DNA of 64,000 nucleotides. It comes from a virus. This document shows positions 18,446 through 26,609 of this stretch, one piece after another. The DNA is taken from IMG/VR virus record IMGVR_UViG_3300010397_000042, positions 25,012 through 89,011 of that record. One strand, written 5' to 3'. The stretch's first letter is position 1. Each line of letters begins with the position of its first letter. The notes below the pieces were generated by a model that was not told the origin of the DNA, ran no database searches, and worked only from the letters and a program-made list of their open reading frames with translations. The translations under genes and the position numbers were made by a program.

Positions 18446-19070
18446 GATGTAACCTCTCAACGTGTAGTGATGGGTAATACGTAACGTGTGGTGCTAGCCA
18501 TTCGGGTAGCTTGCCCCCAATGCATACGATGCGTGTGGGGTGGAGTGCTGCGCGCATTGCCTCGAAACCCTCGCGATACTCGACAGGGTTGCGGCTCGCG
18601 CCATAGGCGGAAATCGCGATCGTGGAGTCTTGTGGGAGCCCTAGAAAGCAGTATTTCCAGCTTTCAGGATCCGCCCACGAGACCGAAGGGATAACGTGGG
18701 CTCCACGTACCTGTAATGCACGCGCGAGCCAACGTGAGCGGAATACCTGCCATTGCTTCGCAGCTAGAGGCCATTCCGGATAGATCGAAAAATCTGGACT
18801 GCAGATAATACGATCGTTGATCTTATATCGATCGGGAGAGCGCCAAAGTGGCTCGAATCGATAATCATCTGTAAAACAGTGGATGCCCTCGAGAGGAGTA
18901 GCGCGCTTTCGGTCGGGCCAAGCATGCCAACGATTTGGGAGTGTATCATCGTACCTCAAAACGTAGGGGATACCTAATAGATTGTCGCTCGCGTAGTATT
19001 CGCGTAGGTTTAGCGGATCGAAGCGCGCGGTACGTTGGTCAGTATTGATTCTGCGAAGCGGATTAGTCAT
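18387..19070 (-). CDS. DUF4417 domain protein
   Basis: IHCFTDDYRFE.LW..P, SPDFSIY, RSRW, VIPSVSW, CF.GLP..S.IAIS. Confidence 0.85.
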   Translation of the reverse strand: MTNPLRRINTDQRTARFDPLNLREYYASDNLLGIPYVLRYDDTLPNRWHAWPDRKRATPLEGIHCFTDDYRFEPLWRSPDRYKINDRIICSPDFSIYPEWPLAAKQWQVFRSRWLARALQVRGAHVIPSVSWADPESWKYCFLGLPQDSTIAISAYGASRNPVEYREGFEAMRAALHPTRIVCIGGKLPEWLAPHVTYYPSLHVERLHHGRQRIEREHTTITGDIYS

Positions 19071-19269
19071 CGGGTTGCCCCGTTCGGTAGCAGCCATCGA
19101 GTGTGCAACCCTCGTGACGTGCTTCCAACGCGTGCTCTTCGCAGGCGTACCATTCGGGGTAGTGACGTTGGGAGATCTCAGCTACGGCAGGCTTACCGCA
19201 CGGCACGTAGGTGACGTGGGAACCGCAGTCTTCGTAGGGATCGGTTAGGTTGCGTTGACATGTGTTCAT
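19063..19269 (-). CDS. Cys/His-rich hypothetical protein
   Basis: ATGA-coupled; CG...ACEEH. Confidence 0.55.
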   Translation of the reverse strand: MNTCQRNLTDPYEDCGSHVTYVPCGKPAVAEISQRHYPEWYACEEHALEARHEGCTLDGCYRTGQPDD

Positions 19270-19568
19270 GATTCCTCTATCAAATCAGCCCAATCGATTC
19301 CTTCGTGGATCAGTTGGGCCGTTTGGGGTTCAAGAATAGTGATCGCATCGAGTAGCAGACCGATAGGACCGCGCGAGTCGACCTTGTGACCACTATATAA
19401 CCATACGATCTTGAGAAGAGTTTGCACCGCGTCATACCGAATCGATGCATTAGTTATTAGTTCGGTCTCGGTCGCCTTCACACGCGCTGCTAACTCGCGT
19501 ACCGCTTTCCTACGATCCACGTCACTAAAGGCGTGGACCATGCATAAAACTTCGTCCGATAGACTCAT
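19266..19568 (-). CDS. Hypothetical protein
   Basis: ATGA-coupled. Confidence 0.55.
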   Translation of the reverse strand: MSLSDEVLCMVHAFSDVDRRKAVRELAARVKATETELITNASIRYDAVQTLLKIVWLYSGHKVDSRGPIGLLLDAITILEPQTAQLIHEGIDWADLIEES

Positions 19569-20362
19569 GATGCCGCCTTTACTTGGTTGATACGTTCGGC
19601 GATCCAGCGCGTTGGTTCCTTTACGATCGTGTCCGTGAGGTAGACCTCAGGGACGAGCACGTCGGTTGGGAGCATTTCGGTAACCTTGCGTAGGTAGTTG
19701 CGATATTGCTCGGTACCCATCGCGTGATATGAACGAGGCCATGCGCCATAGAAGCCGTATTTCTCAGCGTGGCCGTAGCAGACGTTGCGGGAGAATGACG
19801 GATGTGCGAGCGCGAATGCGGCCGACGAGATGTCCAAGGGTTTGGACTCGACGCGGATAACCTGAAACAGATCCCCGTCATCTCCGCCATTGGTGCAGCA
19901 CATGAGGAACAGATCAACGCCTACTTGGTTGCGCTGGAGCTGTTCCAGGAATCCGAGGATCGTGATCCCGCGCTTCAGCATGACGGATGCGTCGATGCCA
20001 GCTGAGCACGTCATGTCCACGTAGACCGAGACGTGACGTGTGACTTGCTCGGTTCGCTTGCGCTGGCGCATGCACATGGGATTACCCGCGAGGTATGCAG
20101 GCACGCATACGCGCGAGCCGGCGACCGAGGGCATGAACGCGAGCTTCAGAGTCTCGTCACATTCGATGTCCAAGTTTTCGAGGGCTTTCATTGCTTTCGA
20201 GGCGATTTCGATGTCACCCGAAAGGGCGCGCTTACGTGCCTCAGGACCTCGCACATTGAGATCCCACTGAGTGCTAGAACAGCCCTCGATTTGGTCCCAC
20301 GTGCTGCTTTTCTTGCTGGCTTCGAGAAATTCGGCGACGGAATCGAAACGGAGGATCGTCAT
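19565..20362 (-). CDS. vWA-like protein (partner of MoxR-type AAA+ ATPase)
   Basis: G-x-R-V-x-V-P-A-Y-L-A-G-x-P motif, strand VSVYVDMTCS (degenerate MIDAS), AHPSFSR; adjacent to AAA gene. Confidence 0.65.
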   Translation of the reverse strand: MTILRFDSVAEFLEASKKSSTWDQIEGCSSTQWDLNVRGPEARKRALSGDIEIASKAMKALENLDIECDETLKLAFMPSVAGSRVCVPAYLAGNPMCMRQRKRTEQVTRHVSVYVDMTCSAGIDASVMLKRGITILGFLEQLQRNQVGVDLFLMCCTNGGDDGDLFQVIRVESKPLDISSAAFALAHPSFSRNVCYGHAEKYGFYGAWPRSYHAMGTEQYRNYLRKVTEMLPTDVLVPEVYLTDTIVKEPTRWIAERINQVKAAS

Positions 20363-20365
20363 GGT

Positions 20366-20602
20366 TTAGGTGTAGCTCGATTCTGAGAGTATGTCAAACG
20401 GTTTTTTGAGAGCGCGCGCCATATCTCGCGCTTCCCACCGTGTGCCGTAGTACCAGAACGATGGGGCCTCCATTTGCGACGATTGCCACTGCACGCACCA
20501 TGCATGCTTGCCGCGTTCGATGTAGCTGCGGTGCGTACGGCTATCCGTGAGAAGGATCCCCCAATGGGATCGTGGATTGATCTTGCGAACAATAGCTTTC
20601 AT
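20366..20602 (-). CDS. Hypothetical Trp-rich protein
   Basis: ATG directly follows hairpin H2. Confidence 0.55.
   Translation of the reverse strand: MKAIVRKINPRSHWGILLTDSRTHRSYIERGKHAWCVQWQSSQMEAPSFWYYGTRWEARDMARALKKPFDILSESSYT
20369..20397 (-). promoter_or_regulatory. Box-containing promoter, leaderless (vWA gene)
   Basis: TTGACA TACTCTCAG-AATCGAGC TACACC; ATG 6 nt later. Confidence 0.7.
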
Positions 20603-20603
20603 G

Positions 20604-20647
20604 ATCGCCGAAAGCCCGCGATCCGTTAGGATGCAAGCTAGGGCGAT
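20604..20647 (-). other. Intergenic RNA hairpin H2
   Basis: AUCGCC-CUAGCUUGC-AUCC UAAC GGAU-C-GCGGGCUUUC-GGCGAU, then C-AUG. Confidence 0.72.
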
Positions 20648-20664
20648 AATATCCGAGTGTGTCG

Positions 20665-21726
20665 TTATGCTGCGCTCTTCACGCTATCCCATTGTTCGGG
20701 AGTCATGGCGCTGGCCATGGTCATCTCCTCAACCGTGCTTTGATCCAGACCTTGGGACAGCAGGTCCGCGCCATCGAACGATGCACGTGGTGTAACGAGC
20801 ACGCGCAACCCCTTGGACATAACAGCCTTGCGGATCGCCTGCACACGCTTAGTCCACGTCATGTTGGGCGCAACAGCCAATTCCAGATCCAGATCGTACG
20901 GCCACGCGACGCGAACGAACCGATCCAGAAACGCGCCGTCCAGCTTGTTTCGGCCCACGTACTCATGGGTAGCGCCATGCCCCCATGTGTTGGCCGCAGC
21001 GATGATCACGCAATCGGGGTGACGCGTAACCATACCATCGGGGAAGGCTGCTACGCCGTTTGCCAAGAGGGCATTGAACGCAACGAGCGCGGTGGGATCG
21101 GATCCGTCGACCTCATCCCACAAGAACACCCCACCATGTTCGTATGCCTCACGCAACATGGTGCGCTTATAGTTCCCGTTCGCGTCAATGAAGCCTAGGA
21201 GAGCGTAGGGATCCGAGACTGCACCCGTGTAGTAGAATTTCAAGCCGAGGGCTTTCGCCACGTTCTCAGCAGCGGTGGTCTTGCCCGATCCTGCAGGACC
21301 TGCAACCCATGCGTTACGCTTGCGCGTGTTGCAAGCGGCGAGCAAGCGGGGAAAATGCTTGTGCTGTAGGCCTACGTCGATCGTGCTCAGATCCGGCCGA
21401 ACCACGTTGATCGTGACGGCCTTGATCGAGCTCATGGCTTGCTGGATTGACTCCAGATCAAGCCGTTCCTCGATCATGGGGTAGAGTACTTCTGCGAGGC
21501 TTTCGAGCGCGTTGGAGTGAGCCTTGGGCGTTTCGGTAGATGAGGTATTGACCTGCATGTTCTCGGACGTTTCACCGCCCCATTTCCCCCTGCGGGTCCA
21601 CGAAATCATATCGCCCGCGTGAATGCGATCCGAGCACAAGTCGCACGGACCATCAAACTTTGCAGGAAACGCGCGCTTGACTGATTTGCCGTTCTTTTCT
21701 TCCCAGCACTTGGCATGAAATGGCAT
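20665..21726 (-). CDS. MoxR/CbbQ/CobS-type AAA+ ATPase with N-terminal Zn finger
   Basis: GPAGSGKT, FLWDEVD, IAAANTWG, YVGRNKLDGAFLDRF, TPRAS; AGGAGAG RBS. Confidence 0.9.
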   Translation of the reverse strand: MPFHAKCWEEKNGKSVKRAFPAKFDGPCDLCSDRIHAGDMISWTRRGKWGGETSENMQVNTSSTETPKAHSNALESLAEVLYPMIEERLDLESIQQAMSSIKAVTINVVRPDLSTIDVGLQHKHFPRLLAACNTRKRNAWVAGPAGSGKTTAAENVAKALGLKFYYTGAVSDPYALLGFIDANGNYKRTMLREAYEHGGVFLWDEVDGSDPTALVAFNALLANGVAAFPDGMVTRHPDCVIIAAANTWGHGATHEYVGRNKLDGAFLDRFVRVAWPYDLDLELAVAPNMTWTKRVQAIRKAVMSKGLRVLVTPRASFDGADLLSQGLDQSTVEEMTMASAMTPEQWDSVKSAA

Positions 21727-21768
21727 GGTCTCTCTCCTGTTTTACGTCTGTTCCGACGCTCGTGATTA

Positions 21769-21797
21769 TGTGTAGCGCGAATCTAAGAGTCTGTCAA
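21769..21797 (-). promoter_or_regulatory. Box-containing promoter (leadered, AAA gene)
   Basis: TTGACA GACTCTTAG-ATTCGCGC TACACA. Confidence 0.7.
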
Positions 21798-21988
21798 TCA
21801 ATTATCTATCGATCGAGGTTACACGTGGGTGCGCGTGTTTCCCTACATTTATTTCACTTGAATCGAACAACACCAACCTGGTTGCCAGCGCCAGTGTGTC
21901 CCGCATACTGGACACGTCCAATTCGGTCCTTTGCGCTTGGTCGTGCAGACATCACACCAACAATCAATCCCGTGTTTGGTTTTACTCA

Positions 21989-22213
21989 TCATGTGCGTTC
22001 CTTTCGGATCACTAGCGAGCCATCGAGTGTCGCGTAGGCGACTCCACGGCAGATCCCGGTCACGTATGGCACGTCACATTTGGCGCCTTGCCAATACACG
22101 TTGCCGTCGATTTGACCTCGAACGTCATCCGTTGAGATCATGCGAATCGCTTGGATCGCTAGATCCATATTGGATAGTTCCGCAAACGACCAAATCAGCG
22201 TGCCTTTACTCAT
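21989..22213 (-). CDS. Hypothetical protein
   Basis: ATG directly follows hairpin H3. Confidence 0.55.
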   Translation of the reverse strand: MSKGTLIWSFAELSNMDLAIQAIRMISTDDVRGQIDGNVYWQGAKCDVPYVTGICRGVAYATLDGSLVIRKERT

Positions 22214-22214
22214 G

Positions 22215-22258
22215 ACGCCCTAAGCCTCGATCCAACGTGGGACCGAGGCTTAGGGCAT
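22215..22258 (-). other. Intergenic RNA hairpin H3
   Basis: AUGCCCUAAGCCUCG-GUCC CACGUU GGAU-CGAGGCUUAGGGCGU, then C-AUG; 13-bp perfect stem. Confidence 0.8.
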
Positions 22259-22491
22259 GAATCTCTGAGTCTATCACTCTAGGATGTAGCGAGCTCGACG
22301 TGTGAGCGGTGGACGAGCGATCATGCCGCGGCTCAGCTCAGCGCGAGCACGTGCGATGATGTTGTAAACGGTCGTGAGATCAACGAGGATTTGCTTACTT
22401 GGGTGCATGTGGGCCTCCTTCAGATGAAATGGTGTAGGACGATCGCTGCGAAACCAACGTAGGCGAGTAGGGTTCTCATCGGGGTGTTGGG

Positions 22492-22520
22492 AGTATGGTG
22501 CTGTTCTCAGAGTCTGTCAA
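22492..22520 (-). promoter_or_regulatory. Box-containing promoter
   Basis: TTGACA GACTCTGAG-AACAGCAC CATACT. Confidence 0.72.
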
Positions 22521-22678
22521 TCTGTTTTTATCCGCCAGCGCGACGATCGCGATTGGGTTGTGCATGCGAGCGCGATACCAGCGGATGAAATGCTCATGAC
22601 ACCGCCTGCATTGGAGCACGGTCGGTGTCACCTGATGACCCGTTGCCGGATGCGCAGGTCCGCCGCAGAAAAAACAGC

Positions 22679-22888
22679 TCATGATACCTCCACATTGAAC
22701 CATGCCGCATCGGTGCTCATGACGCGCGAGATGATGCGGGCGTACTGACTGCGATCCATCTCACGGCCGATCGTGAGTGAGAACATCTCGCACACACGAC
22801 GGGCCGTTGCGATACGAGACTTCGTGGTCTCGATCGTAAACTTGTGTGCACCTTGTGTCGTGAGGATCGTGACGTTCCGGGTAGCCAT
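22679..22888 (-). CDS. Hypothetical protein, leaderless
   Basis: ATG 6 nt after -10. Confidence 0.6.
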   Translation of the reverse strand: MATRNVTILTTQGAHKFTIETTKSRIATARRVCEMFSLTIGREMDRSQYARIISRVMSTDAAWFNVEVS

Positions 22889-22894
22889 GACCAG

Positions 22895-22923
22895 AGTATG
22901 GCCGCTACCTCAGAGTCTGTCAA
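22895..22923 (-). promoter_or_regulatory. Box-containing promoter, leaderless
   Basis: TTGACA GACTCTGAG-GTAGCGGC CATACT. Confidence 0.78.
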
Positions 22924-23265
22924 GACTTCACTTGAGAATAGTTCGTACCTGGCGGTACGTATGCCCAAAAATACGTGCCATCCCGGCGTTTGATCTGGAT
23001 CTTGTGCCATCCCAATTGTATTAGTTCGCGTGGTGTTATCTTGATTTTCCTAGGGTTAGATTGTTGCGATTCGTTTCAATTTGAAGCGCGCCCAATTTCG
23101 TGAGTCGTAAGACCACGTGGCCTTGATTCGACGCAACCGAGATCCACCGCTGTTTGATTGCTTCCCAATAGAGAGCGAGCTGGTCAGGCGAGTCAATTCG
23201 AAGCTCAGTGATCACACGTTCGAGCACTGCTATCTGTTGCCGTAGATCGGCTATCGTCTGGCGAC

Positions 23266-23571
23266 TCATAGCTCGTCCACCAAAGAGCGGAGATCTTCCT
23301 TGCTCATTTGCTCCAGGATGCGCCGTAGCGTCCGTTTGACACCTGCAACGTACGTAGACCTCCCGTTGTGCATCGATGCCGTGCGGCGCCACGTGCGATC
23401 GTTCGTCTGGTCGGGATCGCGCTCGAGACGAGCTTCCGGGTAGTCCCGGTACCAGCGTTTGAGGTACGGGCCGTATAGACTCTCGTGGTAGTCGAATGCT
23501 GGATGAGTCGTGACCATACGTCCGATGATTTGGAAACCATGCTTGACGAGAAAGTATGTAATGTCTGACAT
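23266..23571 (-). CDS. Hypothetical protein, leaderless (first leftward gene)
   Basis: ATG 7 nt after -10. Confidence 0.6.
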   Translation of the reverse strand: MSDITYFLVKHGFQIIGRMVTTHPAFDYHESLYGPYLKRWYRDYPEARLERDPDQTNDRTWRRTASMHNGRSTYVAGVKRTLRRILEQMSKEDLRSLVDEL

Positions 23572-23578
23572 GACCTAT

Positions 23579-23607
23579 AGTGTAGCAGAAAGCTTGTAGT
23601 ATGTCAA
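23579..23607 (-). promoter_or_regulatory. Promoter with degenerate box, leaderless
   Basis: TTGACA TACTACAAG-CTTTCTGC TACACT. Confidence 0.75.
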
Positions 23608-23609
23608 GA

Positions 23610-23910
23610 GACGGTAGGATACGGGGGTAGTCGAGAGGGGTATCCTCGGGAACTTCAATGATTCCAATGACTCTATACCCTAGAAACCCTAAAACACCCT
23701 AGATTTGAAAAGTCAAAAGATTATTTACGTCACCTAATAGGTTTTGCTATAGACCTATATGCGGAGAGGGTATAGACGGTATCTACAGATTCGTGAATGA
23801 TTTCATAGGCAATTTGACCAAAATCGGAAAACCATAGGGTGTCGAAGGCTTACCGCGCTTTTTTGAGTGATTTCGAGGGCTACCAGAAATCGACACAACT
23901 ATCCCAATCG
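23610..23910. other. Non-coding divergent centre, candidate replication origin or genome end
   Basis: AT-richer; ACCCTA x3 (23677, 23686, 23696); inverted repeat TCTATACCCT/AGGGTATAGA. Confidence 0.4.
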
Positions 23911-23914
23911 GTAT

Positions 23915-23943
23915 TGGACACACTCTAAGATCCGATCCATACT
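23915..23943 (+). promoter_or_regulatory. Box-containing promoter, leaderless
   Basis: TGGACA CACTCTAAG-ATCCGATC CATACT; ATG 6 nt later. Confidence 0.68.
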
Positions 23944-23949
23944 ATCAGC

Positions 23950-24096
23950 ATGTACACGCTCAACAATCAAAACACGTTCGGCAGCTTCTCTGATGCAATC
24001 GAGGCCTCGCGCGACTTGCGCGACGCTGGTTATCGCGGGGTCATTGTGATCCACGACGAGAATGGCGAAGTCTGTTACTACCACGCCGCGCTGTAA
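23950..24096 (+). CDS. Small hypothetical protein (48 aa), leaderless
   Basis: MYTLNNQNTFGSFSDAIEASRDLRDAGYRGVIVIHDENGEVCYYHAAL; not in ORF track. Confidence 0.6.
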   Translation: MYTLNNQNTFGSFSDAIEASRDLRDAGYRGVIVIHDENGEVCYYHAAL

Positions 24097-24289
24097 GGCT
24101 CGACGACATAACCCGCAGGGGATAACCGCTAACGCGGTGTCTCTTGCGGGGGCAGGGGGAGCCGCTAAGCACTGCGGGGCGATGAATGCGTAGTGTGTTA
24201 GCTAATAACACCTACATCTCTCACTTATTATCAATCATTAGCGCTATTAGACATCGACACACTCTAAGAAATCGAGTCATGCTCTAGTT

Positions 24290-24487
24290 ATGTACACGGT
24301 CATCATCATCCACGCACCGATCCTCGGTAACTACAGCGCTAGCAACGTGCTCTGCTACGTCCGTTCGCGCAAGGCAGCGGACAAGATGGTGCGCGAGCTT
24401 AGCGCTAAGAACGCGGGCAACGGTTACGTCGCAGGCTACATGTTTTGCGAGGGAAAGCTCGCAAGTACGATTTCTCAGATTTCTTGA
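24290..24487 (+). CDS. Small hypothetical protein, leaderless
   Basis: TCGACA CACTCTAAG...CATGCT (24254-24283), then ATG 6 nt later. Confidence 0.6.
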   Translation: MYTVIIIHAPILGNYSASNVLCYVRSRKAADKMVRELSAKNAGNGYVAGYMFCEGKLASTISQIS

Positions 24488-24516
24488 TTGACATACTCTG
24501 AGGCCCACGCTATAGT
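24488..24516 (+). promoter_or_regulatory. Box-containing promoter, leaderless
   Basis: TTGACA TACTCTGAG-GCCCACGC TATAGT; ATG 6 nt later. Confidence 0.8.
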
Positions 24517-24522
24517 CTACTC

Positions 24523-24681
24523 ATGTTCGACGCCGCAAAAAAGCACGATGCCCGACGCGCCGAAGTCTACGCGCGTTTGCTCGCCGCTACGGCCGCTCTT
24601 GAGGCCTCGATCGCAACGTCCGTCAAGTACGTCAGCACCACGGCCGACACCACGGCCGCCACTGTTCGCCCCTCGCGCTGA
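24523..24681 (+). CDS. Small hypothetical protein (52 aa), leaderless
   Basis: MFDAAKKHDARRAEVYARLLAATAALEAS...; not in ORF track. Confidence 0.55.
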   Translation: MFDAAKKHDARRAEVYARLLAATAALEASIATSVKYVSTTADTTAATVRPSR

Positions 24682-24707
24682 TACACTCTAAGAAAGGCGA
24701 TAATCCC

Positions 24708-25043
24708 ATGGTCACCCTATCGTTCATTGTACTCGCGCTGTTCCCCATCGTGCTCCCGTCGGTACTTGCCCTCGTTGGGCTCGTCCTGCTCGTGTGCGTC
24801 CCCACGCGCTCGTTTGAGCGTGAGGAGACTGCTCTGTACGTTGCCGAACAAGCGGCACTCTGGTCGGCCGTACGGGACGCGTACAATGCGGATGCGTTAG
24901 AGCTTGGGCTCGCTGTCGTGGAAGCGCAGCACACACCTGTACCTACAGAGCCTACCATGGCGGATGCGCTCTTCGCTGGGATGGCGGTTTACAGTAGGAT
25001 TAGAACTTCTAATGTCACTGTAATCGATGAGTCGAGGGCCTGA
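24708..25043 (+). CDS. Hypothetical membrane protein
   Basis: Hydrophobic N-terminal 30 aa. Confidence 0.55.
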   Translation: MVTLSFIVLALFPIVLPSVLALVGLVLLVCVPTRSFEREETALYVAEQAALWSAVRDAYNADALELGLAVVEAQHTPVPTEPTMADALFAGMAVYSRIRTSNVTVIDESRA

Positions 25044-25421
25044 GTATCCCGTTCGGGATGTAGTACACTCGATAGGGATAGCATTAGCGCGATAATCGCT
25101 ATCCCAACTCGGATATTACGCGATGCGTTATCCGCGCGATATTACTCATGATTTCGCACTGGGGGCCGATACCCCCTCCCCACCCCCCTCGTAGGAACGC
25201 AGGACTGGTCCCCCTACAACAAGAAACGATACTAGCATTAGGTGTAGACTACACCTTATTCCTACGATAATGGCACCCGTCGTGGTCTTTGCACTTCCAT
25301 GTGCCCTCGCCGAAGATCTGTCTCGGGTATGAGTTATTGTCACATAACTCACACGGCCTCAGGTATCCACGCATCCACAAGCAACCCCCACCGAATCCAA
25401 TCAAAGCAAAGATAATAGCTA

Positions 25422-25931
25422 CTAGAAGCACTTATTTTCCCCATTCTGACCTGCGTTATCGCAGTGTTCTTTGATCCATCGTTTGTAATACCAAACGCTT
25501 CGATCGAGCTGCAGATACTTCCCGGTGATCGGCACATCAACGAGCTGTCCATCGCAGATCCATGCGCTCTCCGTGCGTCCAACCAGGACCTCGTTCCCAC
25601 GTAGATCATGCCCTACGTGATGCTTGAGGGTCCCAGTACAGTGAGATTTCGCCCACTCGTTCATGCGAACCTCTTCGGCATCGAGCTCGCGTTTTTTATC
25701 GGCTAGCTTCGCCTCGTAGTCGTCGCACTGAGGACACCTCACACGTTTGGCAATGTCGGTCCGAGGTGGCGGATCTGGCTGCGCAGGCGGTGGTCTGTTC
25801 GCAACTTCGATTTGCCGTGCCTGATCAGCCTGCTCAGCAGGAGTTGGAGGTCTCCACGATTTGTCCTCCGCATGACTCGCAGCACATCCCGTCGCTATCA
25901 GTACCAGCCCAAAAAAATAAAATTTTCTCAT
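25422..25931 (-). CDS. Predicted lipoprotein
   Basis: MRKFYFFGLVLIATGC signal peptide II/lipobox. Confidence 0.65.
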   Translation of the reverse strand: MRKFYFFGLVLIATGCAASHAEDKSWRPPTPAEQADQARQIEVANRPPPAQPDPPPRTDIAKRVRCPQCDDYEAKLADKKRELDAEEVRMNEWAKSHCTGTLKHHVGHDLRGNEVLVGRTESAWICDGQLVDVPITGKYLQLDRSVWYYKRWIKEHCDNAGQNGENKCF

Positions 25932-25970
25932 TTCGGAATGGTAATAATCGAAGAGTGTGTCGTCAAGAGC

Positions 25971-26507
25971 TCATGTTCGAGGTCCCTGCAGGCTCTCAAG
26001 TGCAACGCGTAGATCCACCTCGCGATCCCTAATGAAGGCAGCTACATACTTGCTCTGAGCAGGATCGTTTCGTTGTGGGTCAGTACACCAATTGATGAGG
26101 CCTCTGGCCGCCACGATGACTCGCCACATCCCATCGATCTTTTTCTGCGCTGCCTGAGGTCCCTTGACACCCAAATCCCGCTCTACGTCTTCCCAACTCA
26201 TTTGTTTATCCTCTGACCATCGGTGTTCGCCATCCGAGTGGTAGTCGAGAAGGTGATTCTTCCCAAAGACGCACTCGTATCCGTTGTAAGTCGCTCCACA
26301 TTGTAAGTCCGGTCGTTCGATCGTGAATGGCGACTTGAATCCCATCTCGCGAGCAATCTCCTCGAGTCGCTCATCGCTGGCATCGATCGCAGGTCCGTGG
26401 ATCTGCTGATACGCGAGCAATCGCTTCGCCGGATTAGGCGATATACACCATCCCAACCGGATGCCGCCAACATCTCCCCACCAGATCAGAGCCGAGTCCT
26501 GCTTCAT
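25971..26507 (-). CDS. Hypothetical protein
   Basis: AAAGGAG RBS before ATG 26507. Confidence 0.55.
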   Translation of the reverse strand: MKQDSALIWWGDVGGIRLGWCISPNPAKRLLAYQQIHGPAIDASDERLEEIAREMGFKSPFTIERPDLQCGATYNGYECVFGKNHLLDYHSDGEHRWSEDKQMSWEDVERDLGVKGPQAAQKKIDGMWRVIVAARGLINWCTDPQRNDPAQSKYVAAFIRDREVDLRVALESLQGPRT

Positions 26508-26609
26508 CGAGTCTCCTTTGCGCCGCAGCGCGAGCAGCGGTAGTAGTCGAACGGCCCCAGGAGGAATCCAGCCGCCACAGGTGGCCAAACATCATGCACA
26601 TCCAAGCGA

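Noticed and set aside
17557-24516. Repeated CTCAGAGTCTGTCAA as a CRISPR or attC array
   Set aside because: Irregular spacing with whole genes between copies, a perfect fit to -35/-10 geometry, and no cas or integrase gene in the window
24488-24691. ORF-track calls beginning at TTG of TTGACA (also the 33187 start)
   Set aside because: The TTG is the -35 box; the better starts are ATG 24523 (different frame) and ATG 33151
24097-25215. tRNA or self-cleaving ribozyme in the structured intergenic segments
   Set aside because: No cloverleaf with T-loop consensus and no hammerhead core (CUGANGA...GAAA) recognised by eye
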